IMG/VR virus record: IMGVR_UViG_3300026125_000022
Span: 1-25,656 of that record
DNA from: a virus
Lineage: Duplodnaviria; Caudoviricetes
Length of the DNA stretch: 25,656 nucleotides
Reading direction: 5' to 3' (one strand)
In this document: positions 1-6,136 of the stretch, piece after piece
Numbering within the stretch: position 1 is the stretch's first letter
Layout: every line of letters starts with the position of its first letter
Position numbers and translations under genes: made by a program
Notes under the pieces: model-generated
What the model was told of the DNA's origin: nothing
Seen by the model: the letters and a program-made list of their open reading frames with translations, nothing else
The model's database searches: none

Positions 1-566
1 GAAGGAAACTGAGACCACTTAGCATCATCTTTCTCTGTCTTATATCCTTTTATTTCTATATACTCATCGCTGTCAATTAAATAAAAGTCTGGAGTATATC
101 TTCTAGTCTTACCTTCAAATTCGTATGAAAAAGAATCTCTACACCTTTGCCATTTGATTTGATTTTTATCTAACCATTTAGCATAATTAAGTTCCCATTT
201 ACCGTGAAGGTCTACGCCATTATACTCATAATGATGATCTTTGGCAAGTGAAACATGCCACTCTCCGTTTTCGACCTTCTTAGCAATTGTCGCTTTACGC
301 TTTGCTTTTGTTTCTTCAGACTCATTAGCATTACGTTTTTTGGTGTATTCTGACAATTTCTTTCTAGTTTCATCAGGCATTGTATAGTTAGGGTTAGACC
401 ATTGATTCTGCGAACCATTTTCTCTTCTAACCTTTGCTATCTCTTTTTGTTTCTCTTTATCTTGAAATGGCGTAGTTTGCCTTTCAGGATTAAATTTGCA
501 AAGCCTTTGATGATTCCTTAGAGAATTATCGTTTTTACATTCTTTTTCACAAAACTTACAATTCAT
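1..566 (-). CDS. PD-(D/E)XK endonuclease with N-terminal zinc finger and NUMOD3-like segment; probable homing endonuclease (3' end outside window)
   Basis: Hand translation from ATG at 566 is open to the window edge: MNCKFCEKEC...SLRNHQRLCKFNP (CxxC/HxxxC), MPDETRKKLSE (NUMOD3-like), WELNYAKWLD, RRYTPDFYL...EYIEIKGY (PD...ExK). It is absent from the ORF track because no stop falls in the window. Confidence 0.85.
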   Translation of the reverse strand, partial: MNCKFCEKECKNDNSLRNHQRLCKFNPERQTTPFQDKEKQKEIAKVRRENGSQNQWSNPNYTMPDETRKKLSEYTKKRNANESEETKAKRKATIAKKVENGEWHVSLAKDHHYEYNGVDLHGKWELNYAKWLDKNQIKWQRCRDSFSYEFEGKTRRYTPDFYLIDSDEYIEIKGYKTEKDDAKWSQFP

Positions 567-593
567 AGTAGTAACCCTTTTGGTAGATACTAT

Positions 594-601
594 TATTTAT
601 A
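594..601 (-). promoter_or_regulatory. T4-type late promoter TATAAATA upstream of the nuclease
   Basis: Exact T4 late consensus 27 nt upstream of the ATG at 566. Confidence 0.7.
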
Positions 602-616
602 AAAAGTAAGTTTTCT

Positions 617-649
617 AGTCTATTGCTCTACCAACTGAGCTATCGAGGA
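617..649 (-). tRNA. 5' half (positions 1-33) of an interrupted tRNA, probably tRNA-Asn
   Basis: TCCTCGA-TA-GCTC-AGTTGGTA-GAGC-A-ATAGA-CT gives the acceptor 5' strand, a complete D arm, the anticodon 5' strand and C32-U33. No complementary TCTAT arm, T arm or CCA follows. The U1-CCTC start resembles bacterial tRNA-Asn (identity inferred). Confidence 0.8.
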
Positions 650-682
650 ATAATCTTATACACTATTACTTATCTATTTTAT

Positions 683-787
683 TTACAACAATTCAAACCC
701 AATATATCCTAAGAGTAACCATATACATCCTTTGATGAAAAAGAACATAAAAGCGTATATGCCATATCTGGATTTATTTGATTTCAT
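683..787 (-). CDS. small membrane peptide (34 aa)
   Basis: Hand translation MKSNKSRYGIYAFMFFFIKGCIWLLLGYIGFELL; fills the gap and overlaps the upstream ORF end. Confidence 0.55.
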   Translation of the reverse strand: MKSNKSRYGIYAFMFFFIKGCIWLLLGYIGFELL

Positions 788-929
788 TATCGTAGTAGTC
801 TGTTAATCCTTTTCTGTGCCGCATCTTCTTTTCATCTATCATCTTACTAGACTCAATAATGAAATATGACCCAGCGAGAAAGATTGCCAATGCTATAAGC
901 CATTCAACAACTTCAAAGAATATAGTCAT
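774..929 (-). CDS. small membrane protein (51 aa)
   Basis: Hand translation MTIFFEVVEWLIALAIFLAGSYFIIESSK...; one hydrophobic helix, overlaps neighbours. Confidence 0.55.
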   Translation of the reverse strand: MTIFFEVVEWLIALAIFLAGSYFIIESSKMIDEKKMRHRKGLTDYYDNEIK

Positions 930-1173
930 CGTTCTCATTCTCCCAAGTACGGATTACATTTAAGAATCCAATTGATATAGCATCTCCGTATTGTTCATCT
1001 AGGTCTTCGTATTGGATAACGACTTCACCTATCTGTTCACGACTCAACTCTTCAACCACTTCAACCCTAAAATGATCTAGAACTAGATCGGTCGCCCAGT
1101 CTGTTGCTTGAGCTTCTAGCCAGTCAGCCATTTTATGTGCTCGGTATACTTTGAATGATTCACTCATAATCAT
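913..1173 (-). CDS. hypothetical acidic protein
   Basis: ORF track; tiles with neighbours; start may be 1167. Confidence 0.65.
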   Translation of the reverse strand: MIMSESFKVYRAHKMADWLEAQATDWATDLVLDHFRVEVVEELSREQIGEVVIQYEDLDEQYGDAISIGFLNVIRTWENENDDYIL

Positions 1174-1285
1174 TATCCCATGGTTTATTTAGATCGATAT
1201 CAATGCCCACTTCTGCGAACAAATCTTCAATCTTTTCATCTGCGGTTTCATTGATTAGTTTGACATATTCTTCAAAGGTGTCCAT
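1160..1285 (-). CDS. small acidic hypothetical protein (41 aa)
   Basis: MDTFEEYVKLINETADEKIEDLFAEVGIDIDLNKPWDNDYE, with an AGGAG RBS upstream. Confidence 0.6.
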   Translation of the reverse strand: MDTFEEYVKLINETADEKIEDLFAEVGIDIDLNKPWDNDYE

Positions 1286-1287
1286 GC

Positions 1288-1581
1288 TTATACTCCTACT
1301 AGACCACTTCCTTTTGGATTAGTAATCAGACCTGAAGTCTGTTGACGCCATGCTGATTGAACCTCATCATTTGTCTCGGTCACAAAAACATATGATTGGA
1401 AGGTAACGCTTTTTGGATCTTTTGCTCCAGTTGCGGCAATGCCGTTTGCGAATCCCATACCCTGTTCACTAGCAATAATCATTCGTGGATCAGATAGCGT
1501 AATCCCATCAGAGTCACTTACTAGCTTACCAACATACTCTCCAGAGAGAGCCATTACAGTGACAATATCACCTTGTTTCAT
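1288..1581 (-). CDS. conserved phage protein, possibly Sm-like beta-barrel
   Basis: Start MKQGDIVTV at 1581 has an AGGAG RBS. The pattern GDIVTV..LSGE.VGKL....ITL.DPR suggests an Sm-like fold. The longer ORF-track start overlaps a tRNA. Confidence 0.7.
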   Translation of the reverse strand: MKQGDIVTVMALSGEYVGKLVSDSDGITLSDPRMIIASEQGMGFANGIAATGAKDPKSVTFQSYVFVTETNDEVQSAWRQQTSGLITNPKGSGLVGV

Positions 1582-1694
1582 TACAATTCTCCTAGTAATA
1601 CTAGCCCAAATGCTAGTGCAATAAAAAAGAAGTACACAGAGTATAAAGCAACTATCACTTTTATTATATTCCATATCATACTGAATAAACTCAT
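1581..1694 (-). CDS. small membrane peptide (37 aa)
   Basis: MSLFSMIWNIIKVIVALYSVYFFFIALAFGLVLLGEL; GGAG RBS; TAATG coupling to the next gene. Confidence 0.6.
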   Translation of the reverse strand: MSLFSMIWNIIKVIVALYSVYFFFIALAFGLVLLGEL

Positions 1695-1709
1695 GTGTAC
1701 TCCAAATCT

Positions 1710-1785
1710 TGGTGCGCCCGGTAGGATTTGAACCTACGATCAACCCTTTATGAGAGGGCTGCTTTAACCCCTAAGCTACAGGCGC
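1710..1785 (-). tRNA. tRNA with CAT anticodon, probably Ile2 (lysidine type); elongator Met is possible
   Basis: Full cloverleaf GCGCCTG/CGGGCGC, anticodon arm GCCCT-CTCATAA-AGGGT, T loop TTCAAAT, encoded CCA. G1-C72 is paired, so it is not an initiator. C4-G69 and C5-G68 are present. Confidence 0.92.
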
Positions 1786-1793
1786 TGGTGTTC

Positions 1794-2012
1794 TCATTTT
1801 ACCTTAATGCCAATATCATTCAATAGACTTTTGGCAATACTTGTCTGATCTTCCATCATGTCGAACTCCGCATCACGCATCATATATTCAACGAAAGGAT
1901 CAGTGCTATGTGTATAGCTTACACTATATGTAATGCTGTTGTCAAGTGAAAAATTAAAATCTTTTGGGTAATCCGAAAGATTAATTGTATAGGTAATCGG
2001 CTTATTCTTCAT
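1794..2012 (-). CDS. hypothetical protein
   Basis: ORF track; likely start MKNKPITY at 2012, overlapping the dsbA end. Confidence 0.55.
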   Translation of the reverse strand: MKNKPITYTINLSDYPKDFNFSLDNSITYSVSYTHSTDPFVEYMMRDAEFDMMEDQTSIAKSLLNDIGIKVK

Positions 2013-2262
2013 CGTCTGCACCAAACACCAACTCATACAAGTCAGCCACTTCTGTCTGTTCAGCTTGAACTTCACTAAAGTTTTGCTTGTGGTAGATGTT
2101 AGCTAGCTTGCGCACATACTTCTTTTCAAGGTCTAGCTTGTCCGCAATGTCTGTGATAGCGTCTTTCTGGAAGTCTTTCTCAGCGGCTACACGTGTCATA
2201 GAGTTATCAATCTCTTTGATTGCGGCTAGTAGTTTCTTACGGTCTTCTGGATTACTGAGCAT
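2002..2262 (-). CDS. dsbA: T4 DsbA-like double-stranded DNA-binding protein
   Basis: Size and helical pattern (AIKEI.NSM.R...EKD..KD.I......L.L.KK..RKLA.IYHKQ) match the T4 DsbA family. Confidence 0.75.
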   Translation of the reverse strand: MLSNPEDRKKLLAAIKEIDNSMTRVAAEKDFQKDAITDIADKLDLEKKYVRKLANIYHKQNFSEVQAEQTEVADLYELVFGADDEE

Positions 2263-2794
2263 AGGTTTCTCCTTTCAAATAGTTAAGTACATTCTCTGGT
2301 GCAGATACACCGTATGGATCGTCTGGGCAATCGTATCTAAATCCTGGTTCTTCAAGTCGTTTCTCGATAACCATATCATCGATCACAGCCGCATAACGCC
2401 ATGAGCGATCACCGAATCCAAGATTTTTCTTAGCAACTAGCATACTCATACCGCTAGCGAAATCTCCGTTACCATCTGGTAGCAACTTGACGTTCTTAAC
2501 GCCTTGAGCTAGTCCCCACTGGTACATAACAAAAGCATCATTCACAGAGGTACACCAAATCTCATCGATCCCTTGATCCATAAAGTCTTGATACATCTCT
2601 TCATAGCCTGGTAGCTGAGAGTTAGAACAGGTTGGAGTAAATGCTCCTGGTAGACCGAAGATCACTACACGCTTTCCAGCGAATAGGTCTTTGCTAGTTT
2701 TGTAAACCCACTTAAATGGATTATCACCTTCGATTGACTCATCCCGTTCTCGCATGTAAAACATGGCATCCGGAATGTACGTTTTGAAAGTCAT
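2252..2794 (-). CDS. peroxiredoxin, Prx5 type
   Basis: PGAFTPTCS active site, SVNDAFVM, PDGNGDF, G.RSWRYA motifs. Confidence 0.93.
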   Translation of the reverse strand: MTFKTYIPDAMFYMRERDESIEGDNPFKWVYKTSKDLFAGKRVVIFGLPGAFTPTCSNSQLPGYEEMYQDFMDQGIDEIWCTSVNDAFVMYQWGLAQGVKNVKLLPDGNGDFASGMSMLVAKKNLGFGDRSWRYAAVIDDMVIEKRLEEPGFRYDCPDDPYGVSAPENVLNYLKGETYAQ

Positions 2795-2824
2795 AAAATA
2801 TCCTCATCAAACACATTAATAAAT

Positions 2825-2900
2825 TGGCGTCCCCTGAAGGATTCGAACCTTCGACCAACGCCTTAGAAGGGCGTTGCTCTATCCACTGAGCTAAGGAGAC
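2825..2900 (-). tRNA. tRNA-Arg(TCT)
   Basis: Cloverleaf GTCTCCT/AGGGGAC, anticodon arm ACGCC-CTTCTAA-GGCGT, T loop TTCGAAT, encoded CCA. Confidence 0.96.
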
Positions 2901-3307
2901 TTACTCTTTACCGCACCCTCAAGAGCTTCTTCTGCATTGTCATAGTACGCTTTGTATGCGGCTATGATTGCTTGTTGCTGTTGAATGTACGCTCGTATGT
3001 CAGAAAGATTCTGTCCTAAGTTCTCGTATCCCTTATCAGTGACAGCGAAGAATACGACAGGTCTCCCCAAACTTTTTACTTCTGCTACTTTATCATTAAA
3101 ATTGTCTTCTGTCAAGACAAACCATTCAATTTTTTGAAAATTTATTTCATCAGCATCTGGAAGCACCAGTACTGGTCTATCGACAGGGACAGTTGAGACC
3201 TCAATCTCCTGAGGTAGCGGGCTGAATAGGCTGCAGCCTGTTAGCGTCACGGTAAGTATCGTAAAGCCAAGGGCATTCGCTATTGAACTCATTTTCAGTT
3301 TTCGCAT
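2891..3307 (-). CDS. outer-membrane lipoprotein, o-spanin-like
   Basis: Signal peptide with lipobox LTGC, Pro-rich linker, C-terminal helix; overlaps the 3' end of the upstream TM/coiled-coil gene (start 3307 or 3292). Confidence 0.75.
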   Translation of the reverse strand: MRKLKMSSIANALGFTILTVTLTGCSLFSPLPQEIEVSTVPVDRPVLVLPDADEINFQKIEWFVLTEDNFNDKVAEVKSLGRPVVFFAVTDKGYENLGQNLSDIRAYIQQQQAIIAAYKAYYDNAEEALEGAVKSKSP

Positions 3308-3701
3308 TTTTCTCTTCCTCTGTCAATTCTGCACCAGATAGCAATTCAAAGCACCTACCAGCTTTATCGGATGCCTTATCTATCACCCTCTCGACCAGTC
3401 CAGGCTTATTCTGTGCTAGTACACCAAGATCATGCTTTTCTAGCTTATCACTCAACACTTGATTCTGCCTACGTATCTCGGCAAATTCCTGATTCAACTC
3501 TTGGTTCACTTCAGCTAGTCTGGCATAATCTTGCTGTAGAGCATCTATAGTTGCCTCATTGGTCTGAATCGCTACCTCTAGTTTGGCGTTATTCTCCTGC
3601 AAAATAGCCATTCGCTTTTGGGTATCAGTGTAGTACCAATAAGATACTCCACAAACCATGAGTAGCATTAAACCACATGCAACCGCTAATTTGTATCCCA
3701 T
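3201..3701 (-). CDS. inner-membrane coiled-coil protein, i-spanin-like
   Basis: N-terminal TM helix, long heptad region, KPGLVER motif, two C-terminal Cys; paired with the lipoprotein gene. Confidence 0.75.
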   Translation of the reverse strand: MGYKLAVACGLMLLMVCGVSYWYYTDTQKRMAILQENNAKLEVAIQTNEATIDALQQDYARLAEVNQELNQEFAEIRRQNQVLSDKLEKHDLGVLAQNKPGLVERVIDKASDKAGRCFELLSGAELTEEEKNAKTENEFNSECPWLYDTYRDANRLQPIQPATSGD

Positions 3702-3907
3702 AATTTTACCTCGGGTTGCGGACTTTCATAATCCCAGTCCGTAATGGGTTCGCTATTGCCTTCAAACTCTAGCGGGTTCGTACTATTAGTTATATAGAGA
3801 TATTCTTGGTACGTAGCCTCATTGTTCGCTAGTGAGCGAAGTTTCGCACGTTGACGCTCTTCTGAATCGAACTCTGGTACTTCTGTTAATAGCTTATTAT
3901 CACTCAT
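3686..3907 (-). CDS. hypothetical protein
   Basis: ORF track; ATGA overlap with the upstream gene. Confidence 0.6.
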   Translation of the reverse strand: MSDNKLLTEVPEFDSEERQRAKLRSLANNEATYQEYLYITNSTNPLEFEGNSEPITDWDYESPQPEVKLWDTN

Positions 3908-4236
3908 TTTGCCATCTCACTTATTTCTGTTGCTTGATCGGTGCCACGCATAACCGGCACGGCATTTGATTTGTGCATCGTTGCGATTCCAACGATGAGG
4001 TCGCCTGTGTAGACTTTTCGCTCTGATCGAGGAGTCGTTCCATTTCCCACAAGGGTCCCGACAGAAGGTATGCTCGGCGTTTCCCTACGATAGGTTTCTT
4101 TTGGCTTGTATTCGACAAAATCCCTGTCCTTTCGTGTTGATTTAAATGAGGCTAGACGCTTCTCATAGTCACGTTTAATCTTTGCTTCTCGTTGCGCCTG
4201 TTGACGCTGGCGCTTTTTGTATGCTGGAGTTGACAT
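3904..4236 (-). CDS. conserved basic phage protein
   Basis: C-terminal YTG..IVGIATMHKSNAVPV motif that I recognise from T4-like phages; function unknown. Confidence 0.75.
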   Translation of the reverse strand: MSTPAYKKRQRQQAQREAKIKRDYEKRLASFKSTRKDRDFVEYKPKETYRRETPSIPSVGTLVGNGTTPRSERKVYTGDLIVGIATMHKSNAVPVMRGTDQATEISEMAK

Positions 4237-4246
4237 GATTTAGTAC

Positions 4247-4447
4247 CTACACGTCCCTACACGTAAGTTCAATGACTAATGATGTTACCATCAACCCAAT
4301 ACCTATACCTGACCAGAAGATCATATCACCAGTTGACATTGCATTTTCCATGCAACCGCCATCGCAGTCGTTTCCAGCTACTCCCAATATGATTAGGAAT
4401 CCAACGATACCTAGGGTACCGACAATGAGATCAACAATTCTATCCAT
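4247..4447 (-). CDS. two-TM small membrane protein
   Basis: Two hydrophobic helices around a GNDCDGGCMEN loop. Confidence 0.7.
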   Translation of the reverse strand: MDRIVDLIVGTLGIVGFLIILGVAGNDCDGGCMENAMSTGDMIFWSGIGIGLMVTSLVIELTCRDV

Positions 4448-4456
4448 GATATATCC

Positions 4457-4717
4457 TTACAGCAAATCTTCGTTTACAGTCTGATAGACGCTCATTAGGA
4501 TTGCGCTATTATAGCAACCAGAGAATCGATCTTCAAAGACTTCGATCATGGCAGTCTTCAGACTGACACCATCGACAACGAATTTATCAGCAATTTCATC
4601 AGCTTCGATTGCATACTCGGAGTGCATACCGTTCTCATAGCAGAAGGTACCTGCTGGATCAGCTTTATACAACTCTTTGTTCAATTTCGCAATAAGGTCT
4701 TCACGATTCATTATCAT
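4457..4717 (-). CDS. hypothetical protein
   Basis: ORF track; first gene after the promoter at 4762-4789. Confidence 0.7.
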   Translation of the reverse strand: MIMNREDLIAKLNKELYKADPAGTFCYENGMHSEYAIEADEIADKFVVDGVSLKTAMIEVFEDRFSGCYNSAILMSVYQTVNEDLL

Positions 4718-4761
4718 AGCGCACCCGCTTCTTCATTTCGTTATCATCAAGTTACGTAGTA

Positions 4762-4789
4762 AGTGTAACAGGATGGTCCATGGTGTCAA
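4762..4789 (-). promoter_or_regulatory. sigma70-like early promoter
   Basis: TTGACA-16 nt (ending TCCTGT)-TACACT in an intergenic gap. Confidence 0.7.
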
Positions 4790-4792
4790 CCA

Positions 4793-4975
4793 TTATTTTA
4801 ATATTTTATCAAAAAAACTTTGATCATTCACTCCAGCTTTATACATAGCCTTTAGCATCCACTTGTAATTTGTGAAGTAGTGATCTGAGTCGTACTGAGG
4901 CAATTGTCCCATCCAAGCCTCATGTTCTTCCTTGTGAATATACCACATCTCATTGCAGAACTGTCTAAATGTCAT
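4793..4975 (-). CDS. small hypothetical protein
   Basis: ORF track; GAGGAG RBS. Confidence 0.7.
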   Translation of the reverse strand: MTFRQFCNEMWYIHKEEHEAWMGQLPQYDSDHYFTNYKWMLKAMYKAGVNDQSFFDKILK

Positions 4976-5058
4976 TAGTCTTCTCCTCGTATCACTTCTC
5001 GGATTACAATAACGGCAACTAGCATTGCTATCAAGAAAAAATCGGTATATTCATGCAT
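4975..5058 (-). CDS. 27-aa membrane peptide
   Basis: MHEYTDFFLIAMLVAVIVIREVIRGED; GAGG RBS; TAATG coupling. Confidence 0.45.
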   Translation of the reverse strand: MHEYTDFFLIAMLVAVIVIREVIRGED

Positions 5059-5059
5059 A

Positions 5060-5338
5060 TTAAGTTCCTCTTGTCCACCAAGAAGTCTCAGCGCCAGCAG
5101 TAGCGGAATACTGCATCACATCAACGTCAACACCTTCCATGTATTCTCCGTCGTTCTCAATCAAAGCACCCAGCTTACGATTAGCAATTGCAAGATCAGC
5201 AATGCGATCATACAGATACTCACCACGCTCAGGATAATCACACTTGAGGTAGCCCATCAAAGACTTCTGAAACATCTTGATGTTGTACTGGTTGTTTTCG
5301 ATCATCTTTTTTAGAACTTCTACATCGTACTGTTTCAT
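5060..5338 (-). CDS. hypothetical protein
   Basis: ORF track; likely start MKQYD at 5338. Confidence 0.65.
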   Translation of the reverse strand: MKQYDVEVLKKMIENNQYNIKMFQKSLMGYLKCDYPERGEYLYDRIADLAIANRKLGALIENDGEYMEGVDVDVMQYSATAGAETSWWTRGT

Positions 5339-5352
5339 AATCAATCTCACTA

Positions 5353-5685
5353 TTAAAGGTAAAGAGGACCAGTCCAACGAACAGTGTAACCACCGTCAAT
5401 GATGTTGCCTCGGGCAGCGTTACGGGCAGGAGCACTGTAGCTTGCAGCTTTCAGAATGTCACCTTTACGGAACTTTTTGTCATCTTCTTTCATGATGAAG
5501 CCCCAAACGCTTCGATTAGCAATCACTTTGATGTACTTGCGACCTTCTTCGACAGTCAGCTTATCACAGAACTCTGCATACATACGATCACGAATCTCAC
5601 GGCGATCTGGATCACCCATATCACGGAAGTTGTTAGCGTAGTCAGCTTTGATGGCTTCGAGTAGTGCAGTCATTTCGTTTTTCAT
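5353..5685 (-). CDS. conserved phage hypothetical protein
   Basis: GRKYIKV...SVWGFI...GDILKAAS.SAPARN.ARGNI motif seen in many large phages; likely start MKNEM. Confidence 0.8.
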   Translation of the reverse strand: MKNEMTALLEAIKADYANNFRDMGDPDRREIRDRMYAEFCDKLTVEEGRKYIKVIANRSVWGFIMKEDDKKFRKGDILKAASYSAPARNAARGNIIDGGYTVRWTGPLYL

Positions 5686-5717
5686 AATCAATCTCTCTTT
5701 TCTCAATCAACACAGTA

Positions 5718-5745
5718 ATAATAACAGGACTGTCCACAGTGTCAA
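5718..5745 (-). promoter_or_regulatory. sigma70-like early promoter with upstream A-tracts
   Basis: TTGACA-16 nt (ending TCCTGT)-TATTAT; A-rich tracts upstream. Confidence 0.7.
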
Positions 5746-5754
5746 CACTTTATT

Positions 5755-5874
5755 TCAACTTTTTTCACTATTTTTTGCAATATTTTCTAGGATGCTTTTA
5801 GGCAATCCAGACACTGGTTTAGACTCTTTAGCTTCTTCTTTGAACTTAAATACACGCTTTCTCTTCTTAACCAA
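5755..5874 (-). CDS. small basic peptide (39 aa, TTG start)
   Basis: AAGGAG RBS then TTG; (M)VKKRKRVFKFKEEAKESKPVSGLPKSILENIAKNSEKS. Confidence 0.45.
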   Translation of the reverse strand: MVKKRKRVFKFKEEAKESKPVSGLPKSILENIAKNSEKS

Positions 5875-5884
5875 TGTCTTCTCC

Positions 5885-6064
5885 TTATCTGCGTTTTTTG
5901 TTGAAGTCTTCAATGTTGTAGGTAATCATAGCAGGCAGCAACAGAGTGGATATGATTAATCCAAACAACAAGATTGGGTTCTCTATGGGTCCATACTCTA
6001 GCCTATACCAAATGCCATACGCTATGTACATAGCTAGCACAACTGTTACGGTGTAACTTTTCAT
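5885..6064 (-). CDS. two-TM small membrane protein
   Basis: Start MKSYTV lies downstream of the promoter; two hydrophobic segments. Confidence 0.65.
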   Translation of the reverse strand: MKSYTVTVVLAMYIAYGIWYRLEYGPIENPILLFGLIISTLLLPAMITYNIEDFNKKRR

Positions 6065-6096
6065 AATATATTCTCGCTTTCTCAATTTACTTAGTA

Positions 6097-6124
6097 AGTC
6101 TAACAGGACTGAAAATAATGTCAA
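6097..6124 (-). promoter_or_regulatory. sigma70-like early promoter
   Basis: TTGACA-16 nt (ending TCCTGT)-TAGACT. Confidence 0.7.
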
Positions 6125-6136
6125 GCACTTTTAAAA

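Noticed and set aside
212-418. 68-aa minus-strand ORF in the track
   Set aside because: It is an alternative frame inside the longer nuclease ORF (566 to the window edge), which has clear motifs.
565-593. Weak hairpin ATAGTA...TACTAT over the nuclease start, considered as an intron P1 or an RBS switch
   Set aside because: Short, AU-rich and interrupted; it does not pair with the tRNA exon, so it is not enough to call.
575-649. Reading the left tRNA as an intact tRNA-Ser(AGA)
   Set aside because: Bases after CT-AGA-AA (ACTTA) cannot pair with ATAGA, and no T arm, acceptor 3' strand or CCA follows.
1582-1743. N-terminal extension of ORF 1288..1743
   Set aside because: It overlaps the tRNA and a better small ORF; the RBS supports a start at 1581.
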